A stretch of DNA of 64,000 nt from Abditibacteriota bacterium (GCA_017552965.1 JAFZNQ010000009.1:220564-284563); one strand, 5' to 3'. Positions 1 to 9,603 are shown, counted from the first letter of the stretch. Numbers and translations: made by a program. The notes: generated by a model from the letters alone, not told the origin.

Positions 1-372
1 CGGATATTTGGCGCACAGCTTCCTGCCGAATCTCTTTTGTTTTTCGGCGTCGTCAAGGACCTGGGGCGAGGCGGTGATAAAGGCTATGTCCTGTATGCCC
101 TCCGCTTCCAGCCGGGACACTATGAGAGGCGCTATGATCCTTACGGGAGTCTGAGGGTTGTCGTCGGCGACTATCACGGCCCTTCGCTTGCCCCTGGCCA
201 GCCGGGCAAGACCCGGAGAAGCCACGGGCGCCTCTATAGCCTCCACGGCAGCGTCCCGGATGTCCTCATATTCTATGGGCTCGCGGTTGTTCTTGCTGTA
301 GATGCTGATAAGGTTGCGGTCCGGCACTTCTGCCGGAGCAAAGGTTTCTCCGTATGGAAACTTGACGATCAT
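1..372 (-). CDS. LarA-family protein (lactate racemase-like N-terminal domain, DUF2088); partial, continues beyond the window start
   Basis: Minus-strand ATG at 370-372 preceded by GGAG. The translation MIVKFPYGETFAPAEVPDRNLISIY...RRAVIVADDNPQTPVRIIAPLIVSRLEAEGIQDIAFITA resembles the LarA N-terminus (V-DxTRPTP-like, IALGTH-like). No six-frame track entry because it runs off the window. Confidence 0.5.
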   Translation of the reverse strand, partial: MIVKFPYGETFAPAEVPDRNLISIYSKNNREPIEYEDIRDAAVEAIEAPVASPGLARLARGKRRAVIVADDNPQTPVRIIAPLIVSRLEAEGIQDIAFITASPQVLDDAEKQKRFGRKLCAKYP

Positions 373-406
373 GAGACTACTCCATGCCGGGCAGACGCCC
401 CTGACA

Positions 407-431
407 CAAAAAAACGGCCGAAGCCGTTTTT
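407..431 (-). terminator. Rho-independent terminator downstream of the HMGL-family gene
   Basis: Hairpin acggccgaagccgt flanked by an A7 run and a T run. On the minus strand this reads as stem-loop followed by TTTTTTT directly after the stop at 430-432. Confidence 0.6.
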
Positions 432-2244
432 AATCGTTGATAAGAGGCATCCTTGCCAGCGCCTCAAACTGGATATCTATACCCACCACGCCGATGAAAT
501 CATCGTCATCGTTGTATATGGGAGCAGACACGGTGATACACATCTCTCCCGTGTAGCGGGAGGTATAAAAATCGGTGATATATATCCCCTTGTTCTTCTT
601 GGCCTCCACGAACCACTCCCTTTCGCTGAAGTTCTCGCTGCCGGTGGCGGAGACGTATTTTTCGTTCAGCTGACTGGGGTTGATGTTTTGGGTGATGCGT
701 ATGCCCTTGCTGTCCGTCACGTAGGCAAACTGTATGAAGTCGTGCTTTCTGACTATATTCGACAGCTTGGCCTCTATGCCGGACACGTTCATCTTCTGGG
801 TGCAGGGGTCTTCCACTATCTCTTCTATGATCTTCTCGGTCAGGTCCAGAGCTCTGTTCTTGATGATATCAAAGTCGCTCTTGAAATAGTCGGGCAGATA
901 TATCCGGGCCTGAGCCAGCATCTCCGTATCCGATATGCTGGTCACCCTGCCGGCCTTGTACTGCTCGTGGACCCATTCGTTGATCTTGTAGAGACCCGGA
1001 TGCTTTTTGTCTATGGCGTATTCGCTCTTCAGGCCCAGGAAGGCGTTGACCCAGTGGGCTATGCCGGCCAGTCCGGACTTGTCCGTGACGTTCACTCTGG
1101 CAGGCCTGTTCAGTATCTTGGCAGTATCGAAGATGTTGTATATCTCTTCGTTCTTCAGGATGCCGTCGGCGTGGACGCCGGCGCTGGTCACGTTGAAGTT
1201 GGAGCCCACGAAGGGATAGTTGTCCGGTATGGTGAGGCCCAGCTCCTCGGTGTAGTATTTGGCCACCTCGGTGATCATACGGGTATTGATGCCGCAGTCG
1301 GAGCCCTTCAGGGAGATGTAGTCAAAGATGGCCCCCTCCAGCGAAGGATTGCCGGTCCTCTCTCCGAAGCCGAAGAGAGACGCGTTGACGGCGGCTGCTC
1401 CGTAGAGCCAGGCGGTGGTGCCGTTGACGCCCACCTTGTGAAAATCGTTGTGTCCGTGCCATTCCAGCCACTTGCCGGGGACTCCGCACTCGTTCTTGAG
1501 AGTGTAGATCATCTTGGGCACCGACCTGGGGAGGGCAGCCTCGGCCCAGGGCACGCCGTAGCCCATGGTGTCACACAGGCGGATCTTCACTTCCCTGCCG
1601 GCTTCCTTTGCCACCTTCATCAGCTCGGTGACGTAGGGGATCACAAAGCCCTCAAAGTCGGCTCTGGTGATGTCCTCCAGATGGCACCGCACCGCGTCCA
1701 GACCGAAGTCAAAGGCGTCCCTGACGAGAGAGATATACTGCTCCTTCACCTGCGCCCGGTCCTTTTTCAGCTTCAGATAGATGTGATAGTCCGAGCAGGA
1801 GGTGAGAATGCCCGTTTCCTTCAGGCCCATCTGCTTTACTATCTCAAAATCCTTCTTGGTGGCCCTGATCCAGCCGGTGACCACCGGGAACTTGTGTCCC
1901 AGCTCCAGACACTTGTTGACGGCGTCCTTGTCCTTGTCGGAATACAGGAAAAACTCCGAAAATCTGATGATGCCGTTGGGGCCGCCTATCTGGCTGAGAA
2001 AGTCGTACAGCTTGACTATCTCGCCGGCGGTATAGGGAGGCCTGGCCTGCTGTCCGTCCCGGAAAGTGGTATCTGTGATATAATAATCCTCCACAGGGTC
2101 CATAGGCACGCTCATGCCGTCAAAGACTATGGCCGGGACCTCCGTATAAGGGAATTGCTCCCTCAGCAGGTTGGGCTCCCGGGGGTTGACGAGCTCGCTA
2201 TGGTTTGCAAAGGTCTGAAGTCCGTTCGCTTTTTTGATTATCAT
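430..2244 (-). CDS. HMGL-like family synthase (2-isopropylmalate/homocitrate/citramalate/Re-citrate synthase relatives) with a C-terminal Cache/PAS-like domain
   Basis: ORF 430..2271; I prefer the ATG at 2242-2244 (MIIKKANG...), which has a strong RBS AAGAGGAGGacaag. The N-terminal TIM-barrel shows DRE-aldolase/HMGL motifs ITDTTFRDGQQ ... HGHNDFHKVGVNGTTAWLYGA. The C-terminal ~160 aa (DFIQFAYVTDSKGIRI ... KGIYITDFYTSRYTGEMCITVSAPIYNDDDDFIGVVGIDIQFEAL) look like a Cache/PAS ligand-binding fold. Confidence 0.75.
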   Translation of the reverse strand: MIIKKANGLQTFANHSELVNPREPNLLREQFPYTEVPAIVFDGMSVPMDPVEDYYITDTTFRDGQQARPPYTAGEIVKLYDFLSQIGGPNGIIRFSEFFLYSDKDKDAVNKCLELGHKFPVVTGWIRATKKDFEIVKQMGLKETGILTSCSDYHIYLKLKKDRAQVKEQYISLVRDAFDFGLDAVRCHLEDITRADFEGFVIPYVTELMKVAKEAGREVKIRLCDTMGYGVPWAEAALPRSVPKMIYTLKNECGVPGKWLEWHGHNDFHKVGVNGTTAWLYGAAAVNASLFGFGERTGNPSLEGAIFDYISLKGSDCGINTRMITEVAKYYTEELGLTIPDNYPFVGSNFNVTSAGVHADGILKNEEIYNIFDTAKILNRPARVNVTDKSGLAGIAHWVNAFLGLKSEYAIDKKHPGLYKINEWVHEQYKAGRVTSISDTEMLAQARIYLPDYFKSDFDIIKNRALDLTEKIIEEIVEDPCTQKMNVSGIEAKLSNIVRKHDFIQFAYVTDSKGIRITQNINPSQLNEKYVSATGSENFSEREWFVEAKKNKGIYITDFYTSRYTGEMCITVSAPIYNDDDDFIGVVGIDIQFEALARMPLIND

Positions 2245-2284
2245 CTTGTCCTCCTCTTGCGGGGGCGTCACAGACGCACCCTCT

Positions 2285-2300
2285 CTATTATATCACATAC
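2285..2300 (-). promoter_or_regulatory. Candidate extended -10 promoter (TGtgaTATAAT on the minus strand) for the HMGL-family gene
   Basis: Top-strand attatatcaca at 2287-2297 is the reverse complement of TGTGATATAAT, about 45 nt upstream of the start. A small GC hairpin (gcccctccggggc, 2301-2315) lies between the mutL stop and this element. Confidence 0.35.
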
Positions 2301-2317
2301 AGCCCCTCCGGGGCAAC

Positions 2318-4168
2318 TCAGATCCTCTGAAAGGCCTTGTCCAGATCGTAGTCCGTGATGGACATGAGGATAGGCCTGCCGTGGGGACAGGTGTTGGGTA
2401 TGCGGCACTTCACCAGCTCGTCCACCAGAGTCTGCATCTCTTCCTGCGACAGCTTGTCGCCGGCCTTGATGGCCATGCGGCAGCTGGCGTAAATGAGCAC
2501 CCTCTCCGGCTTGATGACCAGCTTTTTGTCCCCCTGCTCCTCGGACATATCGCTTATGATCTCCTGCAGCACGCTCTTCGCGTTCTTTTCGGTGAGACAG
2601 GCGGGATAGCCGCGCATGATGAAGCTGCCGGCTCCAAAGTCCTCCAGCACGTAGCCGGCTCTGGACAGCTCCTCCATCCGGGCGTTCACTATGGCGGCGT
2701 CCTTCATGGAGCAGCTGATGGTCTCCGGCATGAGCATCAGCTGGGACCCGGTGTTCTCGGCGGAGCGCTCTTCAAAGCTCTCGTAGAGTATGCGCTCGTG
2801 GGCCACGTGCTGATCTATGACTATGATGCCCTTGTCGGAGGAGCATATGATATAGGTGTTCCTGTATTGTCCTATGACCTTCAGCTCGCCGGGGATGGGA
2901 GCCGGCGCCGGCTGCTCGGGCAGGCTGCCCCATGCAAAGGGGTCCCCTTCCTCCTTCCGGTCCGCCAGGTCTATCCTGAAGGTATCGGTCCCGCCGCTCA
3001 TGGTCTTGGGCAGCTCCACCGGGGTCCGGCGGTATTCCCCCGCGGCCCGGCTCCTCTCCTGTCCTCCGGACTGCCCTGCGGACTGTCCCTGCTTCTCCGG
3101 CTCGGCGCCTGTCTGCAGGGCGCCCCGCTCGGCGGGTCTCAGGGAGCCGAGACTGCCGGAGACAGCCTTGGTCACTCCCTTGTGTATCAGCCCGGATATC
3201 TGGCTTTCGTTGCTGAAGTTCACCTCGCTCTTGGCGGGATGCACGTTCACGTCCACCAGCCCCGGCGGCAGCGTCACGAATATGACGGCGGCCGGATATT
3301 TGCCGGGAGCAAGAGTCTTGTAGGGCAGCTCTGCCATATACAGCATCTTTCTGTTTTTGACGCAGCGGCCGTTGACGTACATATATTCGTCTCTTCTGGA
3401 GCCCCGGCAGCCCTGGGCGGTGGACACGTAGCCGGACACGGTGGAGACTCCGTCCGTCTCGGAAAAATACACCATATCCCTGGCAGTATCCGCCCCCAGC
3501 ACGGAGGTGATGGCGTTCAGCAGATTGCCTCCCGGAGCCGACAGCAGCAGCCTTCGCGGGGTGTATTCGCCCCTGTCCCTGCGTATGAGGTTCACCAGCT
3601 CAAAACGCCTGCCGGGCTCTCCTATGGCCAGCTGGCTGATGACGCCCAGTATGCCATTCTGCTCCGAAGACGCGGTCTTCATGAACTTGCGTCTGGCGGG
3701 CACGTTGTAAAACAGGTCCCTCACGGTGATGCGGGTCCCCCGGGAAAAAGCGATACGCTCCACGCTCTCCGGCTCCCCGCCGCTGACGGTGATGCGCACC
3801 CCGTTGCCCTCCGGATTGTCGCAGGTCTCTATGACCATCCTGCTGACGGAGGCTATGCTGGGCACCGCTTCCCCCCTGAAGCCCAGAGTGGTGATGTTTG
3901 ACAGGTCGTCGGCAGAGCGTATCTTGCTGGTGGCGTGTCTGGAGAGGCACATCACCGCGTCGGTCTCGGACATGCCGCAGCCGTTGTCCGTGACCCTGAT
4001 ATAGGTCTGGCCGCCGTTTTCGATCTCTATCTTGATGGCGTCGGCTCCGGCGTCGATGGAATTCTCACAGAGCTCCTTGACCACGGAGAGAGGCCGCTCC
4101 ACCACCTCGCCGGCAGCTATCTGGCTGGCGGTGATGTCGTCCAGTATGTTGATCTTAGCGTCGCTCAT
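2318..4168 (-). CDS. mutL: DNA mismatch repair protein MutL
   Basis: N-terminal GHKL ATPase motifs (ELCENSIDAGA, TDNGCGM). The C-terminal endonuclease motif DQHVAHERILYE is typical of MutH-less bacteria. RBS GAAGAGG before the ATG at 4166-4168. Confidence 0.95.
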   Translation of the reverse strand: MSDAKINILDDITASQIAAGEVVERPLSVVKELCENSIDAGADAIKIEIENGGQTYIRVTDNGCGMSETDAVMCLSRHATSKIRSADDLSNITTLGFRGEAVPSIASVSRMVIETCDNPEGNGVRITVSGGEPESVERIAFSRGTRITVRDLFYNVPARRKFMKTASSEQNGILGVISQLAIGEPGRRFELVNLIRRDRGEYTPRRLLLSAPGGNLLNAITSVLGADTARDMVYFSETDGVSTVSGYVSTAQGCRGSRRDEYMYVNGRCVKNRKMLYMAELPYKTLAPGKYPAAVIFVTLPPGLVDVNVHPAKSEVNFSNESQISGLIHKGVTKAVSGSLGSLRPAERGALQTGAEPEKQGQSAGQSGGQERSRAAGEYRRTPVELPKTMSGGTDTFRIDLADRKEEGDPFAWGSLPEQPAPAPIPGELKVIGQYRNTYIICSSDKGIIVIDQHVAHERILYESFEERSAENTGSQLMLMPETISCSMKDAAIVNARMEELSRAGYVLEDFGAGSFIMRGYPACLTEKNAKSVLQEIISDMSEEQGDKKLVIKPERVLIYASCRMAIKAGDKLSQEEMQTLVDELVKCRIPNTCPHGRPILMSITDYDLDKAFQRI

Positions 4169-6740
4169 TGTCCAGCCTCTTCTTCCAGGTGTATATCAGA
4201 TTGAGAGCCTCTATGGGAGACAGGGAGTCCGGATTGACGGCCCTGATCTCCTCGGTGACGGGATCCGGAGCGATGTCAAACAGCTTCAGCTGTATGTTCT
4301 CCGCAGCCGGGCCGATGGCCTTTTTGTCCGAGTCCTCGGCTTCCAGCCGGGCCAGTATGTCTCTGGCTCTCCCTATGACCGATGCGGGCAGGCCCGCCAG
4401 CCGGGCCACCTCCAGACCGTAGGATCTGTCAGTGCCGCCCTTCATGATCTTTCTGAGCCATATCACCCGGTCCTTTTCTTCCCGGACGGCCACTCTGTAA
4501 TTGACCACTCCCTCCATATGCTGCTCCAGCTGGTTGAGCATATGGTAGTGGGTGGCAAAGAGGGCCTTGCAGCCGATCCTTTCCAGCTCCTCCAGCGACG
4601 CCCAGGCAATGGCCAGACCGTCGTGGGTGGAGGTGCCCCTGCCTATCTCGTCCAGTATCACCAGACTGTCGGAGGTGGCGTTGTTGATGATGTTCGCCGT
4701 CTCGTTCATCTCCACCATAAAGGTGCTCTGGCCCGTGGCCAGCTCGTCATGGGCCCCTATGCGGGTAAATATGCGGTCCACCACCCCTATATGGGCTTCC
4801 TCCGCCGGCACGTAGCAGCCTATCTGGGCCAGCAGCACTATAAGGGCCGTCTGGCGCATGTAGGTGGACTTGCCGGCCATATTGGGACCGGTGATCACCC
4901 ATATCCTGCTGTCGGAGCCGTTGAGATGGGTGTCATTGGCCACAAAGGCTTCGGTACAGGTCTCTATGACAGGATGTCTGCCGCCCCTGATATCGATGCA
5001 GCCGCTGTCATTGACCTCCGGCTTCACATAATCGCTTTCGCCGGCCAGATAGGCAAAGGAGGACAGCACGTCCAGCCTGGCTATGCCGGAGGCGGCGGCC
5101 CCGATGCGGCGGGTCTCGTCACCCAGCTTGTCCAGCAGCCGGTCCCAGAGCTCCTTTTCCAGCTCCAGGGCCTTTTCGTCGGCTCCCAGCAGCTTTTCCT
5201 CTATGGCCTTCAGCTCCTCTGTGATGTATCTTTCGCAGTTCACCAGAGTCTGCTTGCGTATATACCGTTCGGGCACTGAGTCCTGCTCCTTGCGGCTGAC
5301 CTCGATGTAATAGCCGAAGACGCTGTTATAGCCCACCTTGAGGGTCTTGCAGCCGGTCTGCTCCCTCTCCTCGGCTTCCAGCTGCAGTATCCAGCTCTGC
5401 CCCTGGCTTTTGGCGTTGCGCAGGGAATCCAGCTCCGGGTCGTAGCCGTCCCGGATGACGCCGCCGTCCCGTATGGAGGCGGAATGGTTTTCCATGACTG
5501 CGCTTTCGATGAGACCGGCGGTATCCTCAAAGCCCTCAAAGCCGGCGGCCAGCTCCCCGGGTCTGTCCTTCAGCAGCTCCGACAGGCGGGGCAGCTCCCG
5601 CAGGCTGGCGGCAAGTCCCAGCAGGTCCTTGGGGGAAGCCATCTTGGACACTATGCGGGACTGTATCCTCTCTATATCCATGATCTGCCCCAGGGACCTG
5701 CGGGTATCCTCCAGCAGCAGGCGGTCGGAGGCAAACACCTCCACCTTGTCCAGGCGGTCGTTGATATCCCGGCAGGACACCAGAGGCGCCTCTATCCAGC
5801 TGCGCAGCAGCCGGGCTCCCATGGCAGTCCTGGTCCTGTTCACCGTGGCCATGAGGGTCAGGCTTTTGTCCCCGGGCCCTGAGGGCTGGGTCAGCTCCAG
5901 ATTCTGGCGTGTGGAAGCGTCCATCAGCATAAAGCCCCGGGGGTCATAGTTGGATATGGAGATGATGTTTTTCAGGATGTCGGGGCTGTTCTTGCGTATG
6001 TAGCTGAGTATCAGAGCCCCGGCCCACAGCCCTGCGTCATAGTCGTCCAGACCAAAGCCTCTCAGGGAGTCCGTGCGAAAATAGGACGACAGAGCCTCCC
6101 GGGGGGTCTCACCGGGCATAAGCCCTGCGTCTGTGAGCTCGTAGCGGGAGTTGGTGCAGCAAAGGAGCAGATTCTCAAAGTCTCTCCCGGACCGGTCGCT
6201 CACCAGTATCTCGGTGGGCGACAGCCGGGCCAGCTCGTCGGCGATGGTCTGCCTGGCCTCGCTCATGGGGAACTCGCACACGGCAAACTCTCCGGTGCTC
6301 ACGTCCGCAAAGGCCATGCCCACCGACCTGTCCTCGCCGGCCAGGGCCACTATGAAGTTGTTGGCGTCTCCCTGCAGCATGCCTTCTTCGATGACGGTAC
6401 CGGGAGTCACCACTCTGGTCACCCCTCTTTTGACCAGCTTTTTGGCCTTTTTGGGGTCCTCCAGCTGGTCGCAGACCGCCACCTTGTAGCCCTTGGCCAC
6501 CAGCCGGGCGATGTATTTGTCTCTGGCGTGGAAGGGAAAGCCGCACATGGGCATGTCGGCGGCATAACCAGCCGAGCGCTTCGTGAGAGTGATCTCCAGC
6601 TCTTTGGAGGCGATCTTCGCATCCTCGCCGAACATCTCGTAAAAATCGCCCATTCTGTAAAACAGTATGATGTCCGGATACAGAGCCTTGACCCGGAGAT
6701 ACTGCTCTTCCATAGGGGTAGTCTTTTTGTCTGCTTTCAT
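4155..6740 (-). CDS. mutS: DNA mismatch repair protein MutS
   Basis: N-terminal mismatch-binding motif TPMEEQYLRVK...GDFYEMFGEDA; Walker A GPNMAGKSTYMRQ; 861 aa. Overlaps the mutL start by 14 nt, suggesting co-transcription. Confidence 0.95.
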   Translation of the reverse strand: MKADKKTTPMEEQYLRVKALYPDIILFYRMGDFYEMFGEDAKIASKELEITLTKRSAGYAADMPMCGFPFHARDKYIARLVAKGYKVAVCDQLEDPKKAKKLVKRGVTRVVTPGTVIEEGMLQGDANNFIVALAGEDRSVGMAFADVSTGEFAVCEFPMSEARQTIADELARLSPTEILVSDRSGRDFENLLLCCTNSRYELTDAGLMPGETPREALSSYFRTDSLRGFGLDDYDAGLWAGALILSYIRKNSPDILKNIISISNYDPRGFMLMDASTRQNLELTQPSGPGDKSLTLMATVNRTRTAMGARLLRSWIEAPLVSCRDINDRLDKVEVFASDRLLLEDTRRSLGQIMDIERIQSRIVSKMASPKDLLGLAASLRELPRLSELLKDRPGELAAGFEGFEDTAGLIESAVMENHSASIRDGGVIRDGYDPELDSLRNAKSQGQSWILQLEAEEREQTGCKTLKVGYNSVFGYYIEVSRKEQDSVPERYIRKQTLVNCERYITEELKAIEEKLLGADEKALELEKELWDRLLDKLGDETRRIGAAASGIARLDVLSSFAYLAGESDYVKPEVNDSGCIDIRGGRHPVIETCTEAFVANDTHLNGSDSRIWVITGPNMAGKSTYMRQTALIVLLAQIGCYVPAEEAHIGVVDRIFTRIGAHDELATGQSTFMVEMNETANIINNATSDSLVILDEIGRGTSTHDGLAIAWASLEELERIGCKALFATHYHMLNQLEQHMEGVVNYRVAVREEKDRVIWLRKIMKGGTDRSYGLEVARLAGLPASVIGRARDILARLEAEDSDKKAIGPAAENIQLKLFDIAPDPVTEEIRAVNPDSLSPIEALNLIYTWKKRLDNERR

Positions 6741-6757
6741 ATCGTTTGAGGGCCTTG

Positions 6758-8077
6758 TCAGGGGAGCCTGCCCGTAAAGCCGTAGAGTCCGGCCTCGGTC
6801 ACCACGGCTTCGGTCACAGAGCCAGTGGCGGGCTGAGCTCCCTCAAAATTAAAGGTCTTTCCCTGCTCCGTGAGACCTGTCCTCTGACCGGGCCGGGAAG
6901 CGTTGCCGTGGACCAGCACCCGCTCCGTCCTGCCGATGCGGGACCTGTTGATATCCACGGTGATGGCGTTCTGCAGGGCTATGAGACGCTCCAGTCTCCT
7001 GTTTTTATCCTTCATGGGCATCTGCCCCTCCATGGAGGCAGCGGGAGTACCGGGGATGGGATTGTAGCTGAACATAAAGGCAGCGTCAAACCTGATCTCC
7101 TCCACCAGCGCGAGGGTATGCTCAAACTGCTCCTCCGTCTCCCCCGGAAAGCCGGCTATGAGATCCGTGGTGACGGCCACGTCCTCCACGGCGCTCCTGA
7201 GGGCGGCTATGAGCTCTCTGATCCTGCGGGAGTCATACTTTCTGTTCATGTTCCGGAGCACCGTATCGTCTCCGCTCTGTATGGCCAGATGTATGTGCTT
7301 TTCCACCTTGGGCAGCCCCGCCATAGCGTCTATGAGAGCAGGGGTCAGATCCTTGGGGTGAGAAGTGGTAAAGCGTATCCTTTCTATGCCGTCTATATCG
7401 TTCACCAGCTCCAGCAGCCGGGGAAAGGTGACTCCGCCGGAGTAGGAGTTCACGTTCTGTCCCAGCAAGGTCACCTCTTTGGTGCCGCCCCGGGCCAGAC
7501 GCTCTATCTCCTCCGTGATGTCGGCATAGTCCCTGCTCCTCTCTCTTCCTCTGGTGTAAGGCACTATGCAGTAGGAGCAAAAGTTGTTGCAGCCGAACAT
7601 GATGGGCACGTATTCCCTCAGAGAGGGCTTTAGCCGCGGGGTCCTTTCGGGCACGGGCAGAGGCTCCCCCTGCTCCTTGTCCGGAAGCTCGAGGTCATAG
7701 AAAAACCCGTTGGGAGCGGCCTGAGCCCGGGCTATGAGGCCGGGTATGGCGGAGAGCCTGTGGGTGCCGCACACAAAGTTCAGCCAGGGCCTGCCCCGTC
7801 TCAGAGCCTTGCCCTGCCTCTGGGCCATGCAGCCGTAAACGCCTATGATCAGGCCGGGGTTGGCCTCCTGCTTGATGATGGCCAGCTCTCCCAGCTTGGA
7901 CAGCACCTTGTTCTCGGGCTTCTGACGCACCGAACAGGTCACCAGCACCGCCGCCGCGGCCTCCTCGGGATTCCGGGTCTCCTCGTAGCCGGCCTTCCTG
8001 AGATAGTCGCCTATCTGGGCCGCGTCCTCCTCGTTCATCTGGCAGCCCCAGACGTAGAGTATATACTTCGGAGCCAT
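6758..8077 (-). CDS. miaB: tRNA-2-methylthio-N6-dimethylallyladenosine synthase MiaB (radical SAM methylthiotransferase)
   Basis: N-terminal MTTase motif VWGCQMNEED; radical SAM CNNFCSYCIVPYTRG; C-terminal TRAM region. 439 aa. Confidence 0.9.
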   Translation of the reverse strand: MAPKYILYVWGCQMNEEDAAQIGDYLRKAGYEETRNPEEAAAAVLVTCSVRQKPENKVLSKLGELAIIKQEANPGLIIGVYGCMAQRQGKALRRGRPWLNFVCGTHRLSAIPGLIARAQAAPNGFFYDLELPDKEQGEPLPVPERTPRLKPSLREYVPIMFGCNNFCSYCIVPYTRGRERSRDYADITEEIERLARGGTKEVTLLGQNVNSYSGGVTFPRLLELVNDIDGIERIRFTTSHPKDLTPALIDAMAGLPKVEKHIHLAIQSGDDTVLRNMNRKYDSRRIRELIAALRSAVEDVAVTTDLIAGFPGETEEQFEHTLALVEEIRFDAAFMFSYNPIPGTPAASMEGQMPMKDKNRRLERLIALQNAITVDINRSRIGRTERVLVHGNASRPGQRTGLTEQGKTFNFEGAQPATGSVTEAVVTEAGLYGFTGRLP

Positions 8078-8083
8078 GCCCTG

Positions 8084-9598
8084 CTATACGCCCGACTTGA
8101 TCCTGCTCTCCGCCTGATCCGTAAAGTCCTGGGCGGCAGACAGGGATTCGTCGTCCCGGCTCTCATAAAAGTCGCCGTAGCCGGAGGCGGCGGAGTTCAG
8201 CAGATTGCCCACCAGCTTCAGATTGCCGAAATTGGTGTTCGGGTCCATCTGCGCCAGCTGGCTGATCACCAGGAGCAGGCTGTCTATCTTGTTCTTGTAT
8301 TGCTTTATCTTGTCGTTGACCGAGCTCTTGCCGGGCTCCGTCTTGGCCACCGTGTAGCCAAAGCTCTTGATCTCGCCGGTGTATTTGGACAGGGCCGTGG
8401 ACAGCAGCGCGTGCATGGTGGCGGAGCGTTTGGTGATGGCGTAGTATTCGCCGGTGGCGCCTCTGGCGTTCATGGTCTTCAGTACGGAGGCCGCCTCCAT
8501 GTAGCGCTGGGAGTTGGTGTAGAGATACACCAGCCTCTCGTAGGGGCGCCAGTCGGAGGGATAGGACAGGACGACGGCATTGTATTTTTTGATAGCTTCG
8601 TCCGTGTTGCCCTGCAGCCACAGCTTGTCCGCCTCGGAGATGAGGGCGGACACCTGAGAGGACCGGGCGGGCGCTGGAGAAGGAGTCCTGACCGTGACGG
8701 AGTCGTCGCCTTTGTCGGGCTCGTCGGTGATATCAAAGCGCACCCTGCTCTCGTATTTGGTCTTCAGCTCGCCTATATCGATGCCTCTGTAGCCCATATT
8801 GATGGCGGCATAATAGCACTCCAGGGCATCCTTGAACATCTGCTTTTCATAGTATATCTCCGCCAGCTTCAGCCTCAGCTCCGGATCGTTGGGGTCCATG
8901 TCTATCATCCTGCGGACGATCCTGTAGGCTTCCGAGTAGTTTTTGTCCTTCATGGCGGCGGCGTTCAGCTTCGAGAGAGCCTTGGAGTCCAGCTCCGACA
9001 GGTCGGAGGAATTGTCGGGAGCCTTGGTCTCCCTGCCGGACTCGTCGGTCATGACCGTTTCGGCCTGGCCGGAATACACGGCGTTCACTCCGAGGGCTTC
9101 GGATATCACCTTGCTCATAATGCCGCTGCAGGCCGTGTGCAGGGAGTTGGACACGGGAGTGTCGTCCCCTTCGGCGATGGCGCAGGAAGCCTCGGAGGAA
9201 TACACCGAATCGTCCTTCAGGCTGCACAGACTGAAGCTGATATATAGCTTGCCGTCCTTTCGGGAGACCTCGGATATGCCCGCATAGTCGTATTTCAGCT
9301 CCTTGGCCACCCTGATCCTGGAGGTGACGGGAGCGTTGGAGCTCACGTCGTCGGCGGTGATCCGGCCTCTGTTCAGGGCGAGCACCACCACGGGATGCTC
9401 CGGATTGAAGATGAGAGACGAGAACAGATTGCTCTTATCCGCATAAAAGCGCAGGGTCTTGGCCACGAGCCGGGAGTCGCTCTCCTTGGCTCCGCTGGAG
9501 AGATCCGCGTTGTACAAAAGCAGAGCGGGAAGAGAGTCCTGGGCGTATACGCAGCCCGCCAGCAAGAGAGCGGCGGCTATAAACAACAGCTTTTTCAT
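8084..9598 (-). CDS. TPR-repeat lipoprotein, function unknown
   Basis: Signal peptide with lipobox (MKKLLFIAAALLLAGC). Several TPR-like helical repeats (AEIYYEKQMFKDALECYYAAINMGY, AIKKYNAVVLSYPSDWRPYERLVYLY). Confidence 0.65.
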   Translation of the reverse strand: MKKLLFIAAALLLAGCVYAQDSLPALLLYNADLSSGAKESDSRLVAKTLRFYADKSNLFSSLIFNPEHPVVVLALNRGRITADDVSSNAPVTSRIRVAKELKYDYAGISEVSRKDGKLYISFSLCSLKDDSVYSSEASCAIAEGDDTPVSNSLHTACSGIMSKVISEALGVNAVYSGQAETVMTDESGRETKAPDNSSDLSELDSKALSKLNAAAMKDKNYSEAYRIVRRMIDMDPNDPELRLKLAEIYYEKQMFKDALECYYAAINMGYRGIDIGELKTKYESRVRFDITDEPDKGDDSVTVRTPSPAPARSSQVSALISEADKLWLQGNTDEAIKKYNAVVLSYPSDWRPYERLVYLYTNSQRYMEAASVLKTMNARGATGEYYAITKRSATMHALLSTALSKYTGEIKSFGYTVAKTEPGKSSVNDKIKQYKNKIDSLLLVISQLAQMDPNTNFGNLKLVGNLLNSAASGYGDFYESRDDESLSAAQDFTDQAESRIKSGV

Positions 9599-9603
9599 AG
9601 GCT

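Noticed and set aside
37-2358. 773-aa plus-strand ORF overlapping the HMGL-family gene and the start of mutL
   Set aside because: It lies entirely antisense to two well-supported genes, has Gly/Arg/Val-rich low-complexity translation typical of GC-rich antisense frames, and has no RBS or recognisable domain. The same reasoning rejects the long antisense ORFs at 2234-3901, 4032-5279, 7760-9247, 17102-18526, 19918-21534, 21789-23312, 26982-28952, 28977-31634, 31369-33210, 34251-35621, 36549-38231, 40984-43458, 43453-45294, 45444-48449, 49085-51394 and 58055-61684.
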